Positions 9,477 to 21,308 of a stretch of DNA of 64,000 nucleotides are shown piece by piece. This DNA comes from Candidatus Limnocylindria bacterium (GTDB lineage Bacteria > Chloroflexota > Limnocylindria > QHBO01): NCBI GenBank assembly GCA_036556695.1, contig DATBIY010000077.1:2661-66660 (forward strand), in the 5' to 3' direction. Under the pieces are notes generated by a model. It did not search any database, was not told the origin of the DNA, and saw only the letters and a list, made by a program, of their open reading frames with translations. A program made the position numbers and the translations under genes. Positions within the stretch are counted from its first letter, which is position 1; every line of letters starts with the position of its first letter.

Positions 9477-11249
9477 TCAGAACGGGAAGACGATCGGGAT
9501 CAGGATTAGGCTCAGCGTGATGGTCACCACGTTGAGCGGCACGCCGACGCGCGAGAAGTCGCTGAACCGATAGCCCCCCAGCCCGTACACCATCAGGTTG
9601 GTCTGGTATCCCAGCGGTGTCAGGAACGAGAGGCTGGCGCCCATCATCACGGCGACCACGAACGGTCGCGGATCCGCGCCGATGGTCGCCGCGGCGGCTA
9701 CCGCGATGGGAAACATCAGTGCGGCGGCGGCGTTGTGCGACACCAGCTCGGTCAGGATGATCGTGGCGACCATGACCGCTGCCAGCGAGCCGATGTCGCC
9801 CAGCGGCGACATGGCGCTGACCAGGCCACCGGCCACCGCCTCGGCCAAGCCGCTGGACGAGACCGCCGCTCCCAGGCCGAATGCCGCGGCGATGAGCACC
9901 ACGATCTGCAGGTCGACCGCATCGCGCGCCTGGCGCAGGGTCAGGACGCGGGTAGCCACCACGACCATCGCTGCCGCCACCGAGGCGTGGAGGATCGGCA
10001 CCTGGCCGGATCCGGTGGCCAGGACGAAGCCAAGGCCCACGGCGGCGACCAGCCAGGCGCGTCGTGGCTGGCGCGGCGAGATGCCGGAGAGCGGCGCGAT
10101 GACGGCGAAGTCCGGTCGGTCGCGCCAGCGGGCGCGGAATTCCGCATCGGACAGGATCAGCAGCGTGTCGCCGACCCGCAGCGTCACGTCGCCCAACTTG
10201 GCATTGACCCGGTGGCCGGCGCGGTGGATGGCGATGACCGCGGCGTCGTAGCGCGCGCGGAAATCGACCTCCTTCAGCGTCTGGCCCACCATGTCGCCAC
10301 CGGCGCCCACCACCACCTCGTAGAAGGCGTGGACCGTCCCCGCCAGGTGACGGATCTGCCGCGCCTCGGCTGACGTCAGCCCGCGGACGCGCTGCAGGTC
10401 GACCACGTTGTCGACGCGACCCACGAAGGTCAGCAGGTCTCCGCCCTCCAGCCGCTCGTCCGGCGCCACCGGAGCGATGGAGCGGCCATCGCGCTGGATC
10501 TCCACCAGGAAGACGCCCTGCAGCTGGCGCAGCCCCGCTTCCGACACCGTGGCGCCGTCGGCCTCGCCGTTGCGCTTGACGCGCATGGTGACGGTGAAGT
10601 CGCGCCCTGCCTCCGACAGCTCGCCACTGACCGGGCTGCGGTCAGGCAGCAGGCGCGGGCTGAGGAAGACCACAGCAGCCACGCCGGCGATGGCAATCGG
10701 CAGGCCCACCAGCGTCGGCTCGAAGAGGCCGAGCGGCCGCATGCCGGCGTCGACCAGCAGGCCCGAAACGGTCAGGTTGGTCGAGGTGCCGATGGCCGTC
10801 ACCACGCCGCCGAGGATGGCGGCATAGCTGACGCCCATCAGAAACCGAGACGCGGGGAGGTTCCGCCGCGCCGAGATATCGACCACCGCCGGGATGGTCA
10901 TCGCCACCAGCGTCGTGTTGTTGACGAAAGCGCTGATGCCGGCCAGTGGGTAGAGGAGGCGGGCCAGGATGCCGGTTGACGATGCGGTGCCCCTGAAGAG
11001 GAGCGCCACGATGGGCTGCATGATGCCCGCCACGTCGATCGCACGTGCCACGATCAACAGGCTGGCGATGATGATCGGCGCCTCGTTGCTGAACCCGGCG
11101 AACGCCTGGTCGGGGGTGATGATGCCGATGAGCATCAGCACCAACGTCGCAGCCAGCACGGCCGGCGCCGGTGGCGCCTTCTCGGTGAAGAGCACGGTCA
11201 CCAGGACCGCCAGCACGGCCAGCGTGATCCAGGCGCCCAGCTCCATCAA
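9477..11249 (-). CDS. DASS/SLC13-family anion permease with two central TrkA-C domains; candidate sulfate importer
   Basis: About 12 TM segments flanking two TrkA-C-like cytoplasmic domains (MRVKRNGEADGATVSEAGLRQLQGVFLVEI...; RVNAKLGDVTLRVGDTLLILSDAEF), the architecture of ArsB/NhaD-clade citrate/sulfate transporters. Same strand as sat-cysC and 18 nt downstream of cysC, so probably co-transcribed. Confidence 0.7.
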   Translation of the reverse strand: MMELGAWITLAVLAVLVTVLFTEKAPPAPAVLAATLVLMLIGIITPDQAFAGFSNEAPIIIASLLIVARAIDVAGIMQPIVALLFRGTASSTGILARLLYPLAGISAFVNNTTLVAMTIPAVVDISARRNLPASRFLMGVSYAAILGGVVTAIGTSTNLTVSGLLVDAGMRPLGLFEPTLVGLPIAIAGVAAVVFLSPRLLPDRSPVSGELSEAGRDFTVTMRVKRNGEADGATVSEAGLRQLQGVFLVEIQRDGRSIAPVAPDERLEGGDLLTFVGRVDNVVDLQRVRGLTSAEARQIRHLAGTVHAFYEVVVGAGGDMVGQTLKEVDFRARYDAAVIAIHRAGHRVNAKLGDVTLRVGDTLLILSDAEFRARWRDRPDFAVIAPLSGISPRQPRRAWLVAAVGLGFVLATGSGQVPILHASVAAAMVVVATRVLTLRQARDAVDLQIVVLIAAAFGLGAAVSSSGLAEAVAGGLVSAMSPLGDIGSLAAVMVATIILTELVSHNAAAALMFPIAVAAAATIGADPRPFVVAVMMGASLSFLTPLGYQTNLMVYGLGGYRFSDFSRVGVPLNVVTITLSLILIPIVFPF

Positions 11250-11267
11250 CGGGTCACGAGGGCTGGC

Positions 11268-13114
<1,847 letters not shown>

Positions 13115-13239
13115 GCGGGAACTCTCCTCGTGAGCGGCGCCGGCCGGGGAAGTGGGCAGGCAGGTGCCGCGGGCATGAAACCGTATCTCGGGCGACGCGT
13201 ATCGTACAACGCCGCGGCCAGCCGGGGTAGGCTGCCGGC
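13115..13239. promoter_or_regulatory. Divergent intergenic region between the sat-cysC-permease operon (minus) and the sulfatase/NrnA/GT39/GtrA operon (plus); likely holds both promoters
   Basis: 125 bp non-coding gap separating divergently oriented start codons (sat TTG 13114, sulfatase ATG 13240). No specific operator was recognised. Confidence 0.3.
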
Positions 13240-14376
13240 ATGCGCACCCCGCCACGGCGCCGCAACACCGCCCTGGGCCGGATCCCCGCGGCGCTGGCCA
13301 TGGTCGCGGTGCTGGTGATCGGCGTCCCGCTGGCGAGCAGCGAGCGGAACGTCGGCGCCCGCTCGGCCGGCCGCCCACCGAACATCATCGTCATTCTCAC
13401 CGACGACCTTGACGTGGCGCTGTGGCGCAGCCTCCCCCTGTCCGGCGAGATCGGTGGCCACGACTTCGTCAACGCCTTCGTCACCTCTCCACTGTGCTGC
13501 CCGTCGAAGGCATCCACCCTGACCGGGCTGTATGCCCACAACCACCGCGTCTGGGCCACCGAGCCGCCGCAGGGCGGTCTGTACGCCGCGCTGCGCAGCG
13601 GCATGCAGGACTCCACGCTGCCCGTCTGGCTGCAGGACGCCGGCTACCGGACAGGCTTCATGGGCCGCTACCTGGTCGGCTACGGCTGGCGCGACTCGCC
13701 GCCCAGCTATGTGCCTCCCGGCTGGGACACCTGGATCGGCCGCGTTTCGAACACGGCGCACGGCTACCGCAACATCGAGTTCAGCTTCGACGGCCAGGTC
13801 CGCCGGCTGCGTGGCAACGAGTCAACGCATTTTCTGCCGCAGGCGCGCGACTTCATCCGCCGGGCTGGCGACCAGCCGTACTTCCTGCTGCTGGCGCCGA
13901 TGGCGCCGCATGCCCCCTGGGGAGGGGCGCGCTATCCGGGCGATCCGGCCAGGAGGCCGGGCATCATGCGTCCGATCGAGCACCTCGTCCGCCAGCTGCT
14001 GGCCGACATGGACGGCAGCACCTACCTGTTCTTCACCTCGGACAACGGCTACCACCTGGGGCCGCATCCTGGCAAGGCGACCCCGGCGGACACCGACACG
14101 CGCGTGCCGTTGTCGGTCGTGGGTCCCGACGTGGTGGAGGGCATGGATGAGCACTTCGCGTTGAACATCGACCTGGCGCCGACGATCGCCGAGCTGGCCG
14201 GCGTCGCGCCGCCGACACCGGTGGACGGCGTCTCGCTGGTGCCGCTGCTGCGTGGCCTGGACCCGCCGTGGCGCGACCGCTTCACGGTGGAGCTGCTGCC
14301 GTTCACCGCCGTGCGCAGCGCCGACCAGATCGAGATCCACTGGGCCGACGGTCGAACGGAGCGCCGCGCCCCCTGA
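13240..14376 (+). CDS. Arylsulfatase-family (alkaline-phosphatase superfamily) protein, secreted/membrane-anchored
   Basis: Signal/TM peptide; [10 protein letters not shown] followed by [23 protein letters not shown], which matches the sulfatase signature-I region. The FGly motif reads C-C-P-S-K (Lys in place of the conserved Arg). Confidence 0.65.
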   Translation: MRTPPRRRNTALGRIPAALAMVAVLVIGVPLASSERNVGARSAGRPPNIIVILTDDLDVALWRSLPLSGEIGGHDFVNAFVTSPLCCPSKASTLTGLYAHNHRVWATEPPQGGLYAALRSGMQDSTLPVWLQDAGYRTGFMGRYLVGYGWRDSPPSYVPPGWDTWIGRVSNTAHGYRNIEFSFDGQVRRLRGNESTHFLPQARDFIRRAGDQPYFLLLAPMAPHAPWGGARYPGDPARRPGIMRPIEHLVRQLLADMDGSTYLFFTSDNGYHLGPHPGKATPADTDTRVPLSVVGPDVVEGMDEHFALNIDLAPTIAELAGVAPPTPVDGVSLVPLLRGLDPPWRDRFTVELLPFTAVRSADQIEIHWADGRTERRAP

Positions 14377-14481
14377 GCCACCGGCGCGGGGCTGGTGGCT
14401 ACAATCTGCGCCCGGAACCTGAGCCGGCTGCACCCGCCGCAGGCCCGCTGCCCACTGACCACGTCACCATTGGAGGATCAT

Positions 14482-15480
14482 TTGGCCATCGCCACCGAGC
14501 ACCACAGCCAGCTCGCCGATGTCGCAGCCGCCGTGCGCGGCGCGCGGCGCATCACCGCCCTCTGCCACGAGAACCCCGACGCCGACACCATCGGTGCGGC
14601 GATCGCCATGGGCCTCATTGCCGAGCGGCTGGGCATCGAGCACGAGATCGTGAGCGTCGACGGCATCCCGCCGATGTTCGACTACCTGCCCCTGGTGGCC
14701 TCCGTGCGGGAGCGCCCGCGGCTGGAACCCGACCTGGCGGTCGTCTGCGACGCCGCAACCCTCGAGCGCGTGGGGCGCATCGCCACCGAGGAGGCGGCCT
14801 GGTTCGAGGGCGCGCGCCTGCTCAACGTGGATCACCACGTGAGCAGCACCTACTACGGCGACCTGAATCTGGTGGATCCAACGGCCGCCGCCACCTGCCA
14901 GGTTTTGCTCGAGCTGGTCGATGCCCTGGAGATCCCCCTCGACGCCCCGCTGGCCACCGCGCTGCTCACCGGCATCGTGCGCGACAGCCTGGGATTCTCG
15001 GATCGGGCCACCAACGGCACGACGCTGCGTGCCGCCGCGCGGCTGGTCGATGCCGGCGCGCCGCTGGCCCTCATCCACCGCACCATCCTGGCGGAGCTGC
15101 CCTTCCCCACCATGGCGCTGTGGGGCAAGATGCTTGCGGAGGTGGGAACCATCGCCGACGGTCGCGTGGTGCACACCACCCTGACGCTGGAGATGCTGAG
15201 CGAGACCGGAACGCAGCAGCACGACGCCGACGGCGTGGCGGAGTTCCTGGCGCGCGCCAAGGGGGCGGACGTGACGCTGCTGCTGCGTGAGTTGGGCGAC
15301 GCCGAGACACGGGTCAGCGTACGGACCTCGGAGCGGGTCGACGCCACGCGGGTGACCGCGCCATTCGGCGGCGGCGGCCACCGCTCGCGAGCGGGCGCCA
15401 CGGTCCGCCGCCACTGGCCCGAGGCGCGCGACGAGGTCCTGGCCGCCGCCGCCGCCGCGCTGGAGGATCTCCAGCGCTGA
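14482..15480 (+). CDS. DHH/DHHA1 phosphoesterase, NrnA-like (bifunctional oligoribonuclease / 3'-phosphoadenosine-5'-phosphate phosphatase)
   Basis: DHH motifs (CHENPDADTIGAAIA, DHH, GGGH...A near the C-terminus). Longest ORF starts at GTG 14395; TTG 14482 is preferred because GGAGGA lies 4 nt upstream and it gives a typical ~330-aa NrnA. Confidence 0.65.
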   Translation: MAIATEHHSQLADVAAAVRGARRITALCHENPDADTIGAAIAMGLIAERLGIEHEIVSVDGIPPMFDYLPLVASVRERPRLEPDLAVVCDAATLERVGRIATEEAAWFEGARLLNVDHHVSSTYYGDLNLVDPTAAATCQVLLELVDALEIPLDAPLATALLTGIVRDSLGFSDRATNGTTLRAAARLVDAGAPLALIHRTILAELPFPTMALWGKMLAEVGTIADGRVVHTTLTLEMLSETGTQQHDADGVAEFLARAKGADVTLLLRELGDAETRVSVRTSERVDATRVTAPFGGGGHRSRAGATVRRHWPEARDEVLAAAAAALEDLQR

Positions 15481-15488
15481 GCACGACC

Positions 15489-16913
15489 GTGGGGGAGGCC
15501 ACGGCGCGGAACGGCCTGCAGGAGCTGGGCTCGACGCTTCGCGCCTTCGGCTGGAAAGAGGGCCTGGCGCTCGCCGCTCCGGCCATCCTGCTGGCGGGAC
15601 TTGCGATCGGCGGGCTGGACCTCTTCAGCTTCTGGCGCGACGAGATCGCCAGCGTCGTCTTCTCGAAGCACTCGGTCCGCGAGCTGCTGATGGTCATCGA
15701 TCGCGAACGCAGCAAGGTCGGACTGGCCAACATGGCGACCTACTACCTGTTCCTCCACTTCTGGCTGAAGCTCGGCGAGGCCGAGGCGCAGGTGCGCCTG
15801 CTGTCCGTGGTATTCGGCGCGCTGACCGTCATCCCGGTGTACTTCCTGGCGCGGCGGCTGGCCAATTGGCCGGCTGGCCTGGCGGCCGCGCTGGTGTTCG
15901 CCCTGCACCCGGTGGTCATCCACTACGCCTACGAGGCGCGGGGCTACTCACTGGCCATGCTCATCACCGCCAGCCTGACGCTCCTGGTGCTGATCGCCAC
16001 CGAGCGGCGATCGGCGTGGCCCTGGCTGGCGTACGGCGTCATCGGGGCGCTGGGCCTGTACGTCCACTTCTTCATCGCACTGGTCATTGCCGCGCATGCC
16101 GGATGGGTGCTGGCCGCGCGCCGCTTCCCCGGCTGGCTGTCGGCGGCCGCGGTCACGCTGCCGCTGGTCGTCGCCGCCGCGCCGGTCCCGCTGATCATCA
16201 GGCAGTACGGCGGCGGGCACGGCTGGATCGCCGACCTGAGCCTGCATCAGCTGTGGGTCACCATGATCTCGCTCAGCGGCGGGGTGCTGCTGCTGGCGGC
16301 CCTGGGCCTGGCGGCCGTGGGGGCGGTGGCGCTGCGGCGCCGCGATCCCGGCACCTGGCTGTCGGTCGCCACCTTCGCCGTGCCGATCGTTGCCGACGTG
16401 ATCATGTCGATGTGGAAGCCGCTGCTGGTGGCTCGCTACCTGGTCATCTGCCTGCCACCATTCGCGGTCCTGGCCGGCGTCGGCATCGTTTCGCTGCCGC
16501 GCTGGCCGCTGCGCGCCCCGGCAGCCCTGCGCGCCGCCGCAGCCGTGGCGGTTGCCGCGCCGCTGCTGCTGGCCCTGCCATCGGCCTACGCCGACCAGCA
16601 CGGGCAGGACTGGCGAAGCCTGGCCGCCTGGATCGCCGAGGACGCGGCGCCGGGCGATCGCCTGCTGATCCGCAGGTGGGGTGCGCGCATGCTGGACTTC
16701 TACCTCGATCGCAGCGACGCTGATCCGCGACCGAAGGCCATATCGCGGGCCTTCGCTGATCGCCCACAGCCGGACGCCAGGGTGTGGCTGGTGCTTCGCG
16801 TCGAGGCCGATGTGCCCGACACGGTGCTGCTGGACCTGCGGGAGCACTACGACATCGTGGAGCAGCGCGAGTTCGGCCAAGCACTTCAGGCCTTCCTGCT
16901 CGGTCCGCGCTGA
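15489..16913 (+). CDS. GT39/GT83-like (PMT/ArnT-type) polyprenyl-phosphate-sugar-dependent membrane glycosyltransferase
   Basis: About 11 TM helices with N-terminal DE-containing loop (FSFWRDEIASV) and YYLFLHFWLKLG region typical of PMT_2/ArnT-like transferases; GTG start. Confidence 0.55.
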   Translation: MGEATARNGLQELGSTLRAFGWKEGLALAAPAILLAGLAIGGLDLFSFWRDEIASVVFSKHSVRELLMVIDRERSKVGLANMATYYLFLHFWLKLGEAEAQVRLLSVVFGALTVIPVYFLARRLANWPAGLAAALVFALHPVVIHYAYEARGYSLAMLITASLTLLVLIATERRSAWPWLAYGVIGALGLYVHFFIALVIAAHAGWVLAARRFPGWLSAAAVTLPLVVAAAPVPLIIRQYGGGHGWIADLSLHQLWVTMISLSGGVLLLAALGLAAVGAVALRRRDPGTWLSVATFAVPIVADVIMSMWKPLLVARYLVICLPPFAVLAGVGIVSLPRWPLRAPAALRAAAAVAVAAPLLLALPSAYADQHGQDWRSLAAWIAEDAAPGDRLLIRRWGARMLDFYLDRSDADPRPKAISRAFADRPQPDARVWLVLRVEADVPDTVLLDLREHYDIVEQREFGQALQAFLLGPR

Positions 16914-16950
16914 CCCCTGTTACGATCCGCCGGTCCCAGCCAAGCCAGCC

Positions 16951-18547
16951 GAGGGAGACGGTGACCGTACCCGCGGGCCGACCATCCCGACCACGCACCT
17001 TCCGCGAGACGAGCACCCGGAGCCTGCTGCGCGCGTTGCTGCGGCCGTCGCGCTTCGCGGTGGTGGGCCTTATCGGCATCGGGGTCAACGCCCTGGCGCT
17101 GCTGGCCTTCACCGAGTGGCTGCACATCCACTACGCCGTGTCGGCGATCCTGGCATCGCAGGTCTCAACCCTCCACAACTTCGTGCTGACCGAGCTGTGG
17201 GTCTTCGGCGAGCGCGATTCGCGCGGGCACATTCTGGTCCGCTACCTGGCCTTCAACGCCCTGAACGTGAGCACCCTCCTCATCCGCGTCCCGGTGCTCG
17301 TCCTCTTCACCGAAGCTGCCGGGCTGCACTACCTGGTCTCGAACCTGATCGCCATCGGCGTGACGTTCGGTGTCCGCTACTTCATCGCCGACAACTGGAT
17401 CTGGGCGGGGCGCGATGCGCGCGACCAGACCGCGGTGGACGGTTGGTTCAACTATTCGATCCACGACCTGGTGCGCCTCCGCTCGCGCATCGCCCTGCCG
17501 GAGCTGGCCTCGTTCAACGTCGAGGAGGCGCTGCGGCCGGACATCGAGGTGGAGCGGCGCTCCCTGCTTGGCGGCTTCTTCCGTCTGAAGGTGCGCGTGA
17601 CGTCGGACGCATCGGTCATTTGCTATCGCGAACAGCTGGGCTTCCTTGGCGTCTCCTTCGACGTAAGGCTGGAGGAGCCGCTGCGGGTGGACGCCAACTG
17701 GCTGCTGGCGTGGTCGCACCACGTGCTCTACACCAACGTGGTCGAGCCCCTGTTGCGCTTCCACCTGGTGTCGCGCGGCGCCGTGCTGCTGCATGCCGCC
17801 TCGGTGGCCACCGAGCGCGGGGCGTTGCTCATGTCCGCGAAAACGGACACCGGCAAGACCAGCACCCTGCTGCGCCTGCTGATGCAGCACCCCTGGGCGT
17901 TCATGGGCGACGACATGGCCATCCTGCAGCCCGACGGCCGGGTGCTCTCCTACCCGAAGCCGATGACCCTCTCGTCGCACACCATGAATGCCGTCAACGA
18001 GCGCAGCCTGCCGTTCGCCGACCGCGTGATGCTCGCCATCCGAAGCCGCCTCCATTCGCGCCAGGGCCGATCGATTGGCCAGGCCATCGGCCGGCTGCCG
18101 GTGCCGATCGTGACCATCAACGCCGCCGTGCAGCTGCTGGTGCCGCCGCCGAAGTACCACGTCACCTCGCTGGTGGACTGTGAGCTGGCGTCGGAGGCGC
18201 CGATGGATGCAATCATCCTGATGGAGCGCGGGACGCCGGAGCTGCAGAGCGTGGAGCTGGAAGGAACGCTGGACCAGCTACTGGCGAACACCGAGGACGC
18301 GTACACCTTCCCACCCTTCGCCTGGTTCGCCCCGCACCTGCGCTTCGGGACGCTGGACGCCGCCGCGTTGCGCGCGCGGGAGCGCGAGATCCTGGCGGCG
18401 GCGGTCGCGCGGGCGCGGCGCTTCCGGCTGCGGGTGGAGGGACATGCCTGGGCGGAGGCTATCCCGGGGGTCGTGTCGGGATCCGGCGCGCCGACACCGG
18501 TGCCGGTCGCCGGGAAGGCGGTGGCGGCCGAGACCACGCCAACCTAG
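16951..18547 (+). CDS. Fusion protein: N-terminal GtrA-like 4-TM domain + C-terminal HPr-kinase-C-like P-loop domain
   Basis: The N-terminal 130 aa match the GtrA family (FAVVGLIGIGVNALALLAFTEWLHIHYAVSAILASQVSTLHNFVLTELWVFG). The C-terminal region has GAVLLHAASVATERGALLMSAKTDTGKTSTLLRLL...GDDMAI, resembling the HprK C-terminal / HprK-related kinase P-loop. Start GTG 16951 is tentative. Confidence 0.45.
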
Positions 18548-19773
18548 TCGCGGTCGCCGTCGTCCCGCGTGGCGTCCAGCCCGGCGAAGAGCTCGCGATG
18601 CGCCTCGTAGAAGGGCGCGAGCACGGCGCGGGCGCGGTACGGGTCGACGGCGCGCACCGCCTCCTGCCGCCGCTGCTCCGCCGGGGCGGCCAGCAGCCGG
18701 TCGATCGAGGCTGCCAGTGCGCTGGCGTCATGTTGCGCGGCCAGCTCCCCGCCGCCCTCGGCGAGCAGGCGTGGCACGCGGCCGACCGGCGTGCTGGCCA
18801 GCGGCAGGCCTGAGGCCAGCGCCTCGAGCGCGATTGTCGGTCCGGTCTCGTGCGCCGAGCTGAGGAGGAACAGGTCGGCCGCCTGCATCAGGCTGGCCAG
18901 CTGGTCCTGCCGCTGCGTCCCTGCGAACCGGACGCGGTCGGCAATGCCCGCCTCGGCGACGGCGCGCTCGGCCTGCACGCGCAGCTCGCCGTCCCCGGCC
19001 ATCACCAGGCCGGCGCCCGGCTGACCGAGGCGCCGGAAGGCCTCGATCGCCAGCAGCGGCTGCTTCTGCGTGTCGAAGCGCGCCGCCCAGAGGAGCAGCG
19101 GGCCGTCGGTGCCGAGCCCCAGCTCGTCGGCCATCCGCTCGCGCAGCGCGGCGCGCTCGTCCGGGCTCGCCGGCCCGAAGACCTCGTCGTCGAACCAGTT
19201 GGCCAGGAACTCGATCCGGTCCGCCAGCGCCGGGAAGCGGCGGCGGTACTCCTCGGCCGCCTCCTCGTTGACGGCGACGATGCGATCGACCCGTGGCAGG
19301 GTGAAGCGCTCGAGCGCGCCGAGCGCCGGCCCAAGGCGTCGCCAGCGGCTCTCGCTGCGGCCCGAGGTCAGCTGTCCGCTGGTCAGGTGGATGACCTGCA
19401 CCGTCGCCCAGCGCGACCCCAGGAAGGGCAGGGTTGTGCCCGGGCGATGGAACTGCAGCACGCGCGGTGTGCGGCTCAGGGATCGGCGTCGACGCGCCAG
19501 CTCGCGGGTGAACGCCAGCGCGACGGGAACGCGCGACCGGCGCTGCCCCGCCTGCGCGGCGACCAGCGGCAGCAGGCGCAGCCGGCGCTCGCCGAGCTGC
19601 GCATCGGTCCATTGGCCGACCGGGGCCCCCACGGCATCGGTGGTGATGCCGATGTGCTCCAGCACGAAGTCCTCCGGCGCGTACTTCACGAAGCCGCGGG
19701 CAAAGGTCTGGATGCCACCGATCTTCGAGCTGGCGAGGTCCGACGGCAGGACGATGGTGACGCGCGGCGCCAT
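18544..19773 (-). CDS. GT4-family glycosyltransferase
   Basis: GT-B C-terminal domain with the EX7E-like region (SSAHETGPTIALEALASGLPLAST). ATG 19773 overlaps the upstream stop (ATGA). The upstream half of the 809-aa track ORF is out-of-frame overlap with the preceding gene and is rejected. Confidence 0.75.
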   Translation of the reverse strand: MAPRVTIVLPSDLASSKIGGIQTFARGFVKYAPEDFVLEHIGITTDAVGAPVGQWTDAQLGERRLRLLPLVAAQAGQRRSRVPVALAFTRELARRRRSLSRTPRVLQFHRPGTTLPFLGSRWATVQVIHLTSGQLTSGRSESRWRRLGPALGALERFTLPRVDRIVAVNEEAAEEYRRRFPALADRIEFLANWFDDEVFGPASPDERAALRERMADELGLGTDGPLLLWAARFDTQKQPLLAIEAFRRLGQPGAGLVMAGDGELRVQAERAVAEAGIADRVRFAGTQRQDQLASLMQAADLFLLSSAHETGPTIALEALASGLPLASTPVGRVPRLLAEGGGELAAQHDASALAASIDRLLAAPAEQRRQEAVRAVDPYRARAVLAPFYEAHRELFAGLDATRDDGDRD

Positions 19774-21308
19774 CAGCCGGCGTCCGCGGTGGGCTGCCCC
19801 TGCTCGCGACGCATCCGCCAGGCGACTGCCGTGGCGGTGCCCAGGATGAGGAAGGTGAGGTAGGCCCGAGGCGGCGAGTGGTACATCGGGCTGGCCAGCG
19901 ACTCGATGCCGGCCTGAACCCAGATCATGGTCGCGCCGAGCAGGAAGATCCTGAGCGCGCCGCCCATCTGGCGCCGCAGCGACCGGAGCAGCACCAGCCC
20001 AATGGCCGCCAGCCACCCGGCATACGCCACCAGCCCCACCGCCCCGGTCTCCCCCAGGATCTGAGGCCAGAACGTGTCGGTCACGTTTCGCGGATCGTGC
20101 GGACGCAGGCCGCGGATCCTCGCGACGTCGTATTCGAAGTAGAGTGGACTGTAGTACTCCCGGCTCATCCAGCTGCCCCAGCGACCCAGCCCGGCGCCCA
20201 GCGGGAAGTTGTCGCGGGCGATCTCGGCGGCGCCCACGTACAGCGCGATGCGCACCTGGGGCGGCGCCTCCCCGTCGCCTTCGCCGAAGCCGTCGCCGGA
20301 GGCAGTGGGGTTGGGGGAGGGAGTGATGTAATTGACCACCGTCGAGTCCCACAGGGCCGACAGGGCGGGAATGAACACCACCAGGATGATGGCCATGGTG
20401 GCCCCCACCGGCGCCCAGCGGCGCGCGACGGCGGCCAGGGCTCGAGTTCGCCACCAGGAGGCGCCGAACGCGACGCCCAGCGCGGCCAGCAGCGCCAGGA
20501 TCGCCCGGCGCCGGGCACCGAGGAAGGGCCCCAGGCTCAGGAATCCGCCAATGAGCAGGAAGCGCCGCTTGTGGGTGACGGAATAGGCGGCGTAGGCCAG
20601 CAGCGCGACCAGCGCCGTGAACCAGGCGAACAGCACCGGGTGCACGAACACCGACTTGACGACGTACAGCGGTCCCCGAATGCGGAGGTACTCGTTCAGC
20701 CCGATGGCGTGCTGGAACGAGATCGGGTCGACCAGCTCGATGAACGAGGTGGCGACCAGCACCACGCCCATGCCCAGGAGGACCTTCAATCCGCCCCGCA
20801 GCTGGGCCGGTCGCGGCTCGACCGAGAGCGCCACGTAGAAGAAGGCCAGGCCCTTGAACACCAGCAGCAGCGTGGTGCCCCAGATCCGGATCGGCACCCC
20901 GCCCAGCAGACTCGACGCCACGCCGGCCAGCAGCAGCAGCACGATGGCCAGCTCGCGCGGCCACCAGAACCAATCGCGCCAGCGGGGCAGCAGCCGGAAT
21001 GCCGCCACCAGCCCCAGGCCGGCAATGGCGACCTCGTCCACGCGCCGGATGGGCTCGCCCAAGTGCCGCGCCAGGGTGTCGTAGAAGAGCACGAACAGGG
21101 CGAAGGCGAAGAGCCCGGCGGCCGGGAAGCGGATCGAGGACGCCACCAACAGCGCGGCCGCCAGGCCCACCGGCACGTAGCGCAGCAGGCCGTCATGCGG
21201 CAGCACGCTCCAGGCGATCCACGGCAGCAGGACGGCCAGCCCCAGGATGACGGCGAGCTGCACCAGGAAGGCGCGCTCCTCCTGCCGCTCGTCGGGTGCA
21301 GCGATCAC
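19773..21308 (-). CDS. O-antigen ligase/polymerase-like (Wzy/WaaL family) membrane protein
   Basis: About 12 TM helices with a large periplasmic loop (YITPSPNPTASGDGFGEGDGEAPP...), the O-antigen ligase domain pattern; 511 aa. Confidence 0.65.
   Translation of the reverse strand: MIAAPDERQEERAFLVQLAVILGLAVLLPWIAWSVLPHDGLLRYVPVGLAAALLVASSIRFPAAGLFAFALFVLFYDTLARHLGEPIRRVDEVAIAGLGLVAAFRLLPRWRDWFWWPRELAIVLLLLAGVASSLLGGVPIRIWGTTLLLVFKGLAFFYVALSVEPRPAQLRGGLKVLLGMGVVLVATSFIELVDPISFQHAIGLNEYLRIRGPLYVVKSVFVHPVLFAWFTALVALLAYAAYSVTHKRRFLLIGGFLSLGPFLGARRRAILALLAALGVAFGASWWRTRALAAVARRWAPVGATMAIILVVFIPALSALWDSTVVNYITPSPNPTASGDGFGEGDGEAPPQVRIALYVGAAEIARDNFPLGAGLGRWGSWMSREYYSPLYFEYDVARIRGLRPHDPRNVTDTFWPQILGETGAVGLVAYAGWLAAIGLVLLRSLRRQMGGALRIFLLGATMIWVQAGIESLASPMYHSPPRAYLTFLILGTATAVAWRMRREQGQPTADAG

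Noticed and set aside
9477-11249. Interpreting the DASS permease as a citrate/dicarboxylate transporter unrelated to sulfur
   Set aside because: Cannot be excluded from sequence alone. Operon placement directly after cysC, and the absence of any carboxylate-metabolism neighbours, favours a sulfate role.
19773-20973. N-terminal ~400 aa of the 809-aa ORF 18544..20973
   Set aside because: Out-of-frame overlap with the Wzy/WaaL-like gene (which has ~12 TM helices in its own frame). The GT4 homology begins only at ATG 19773.
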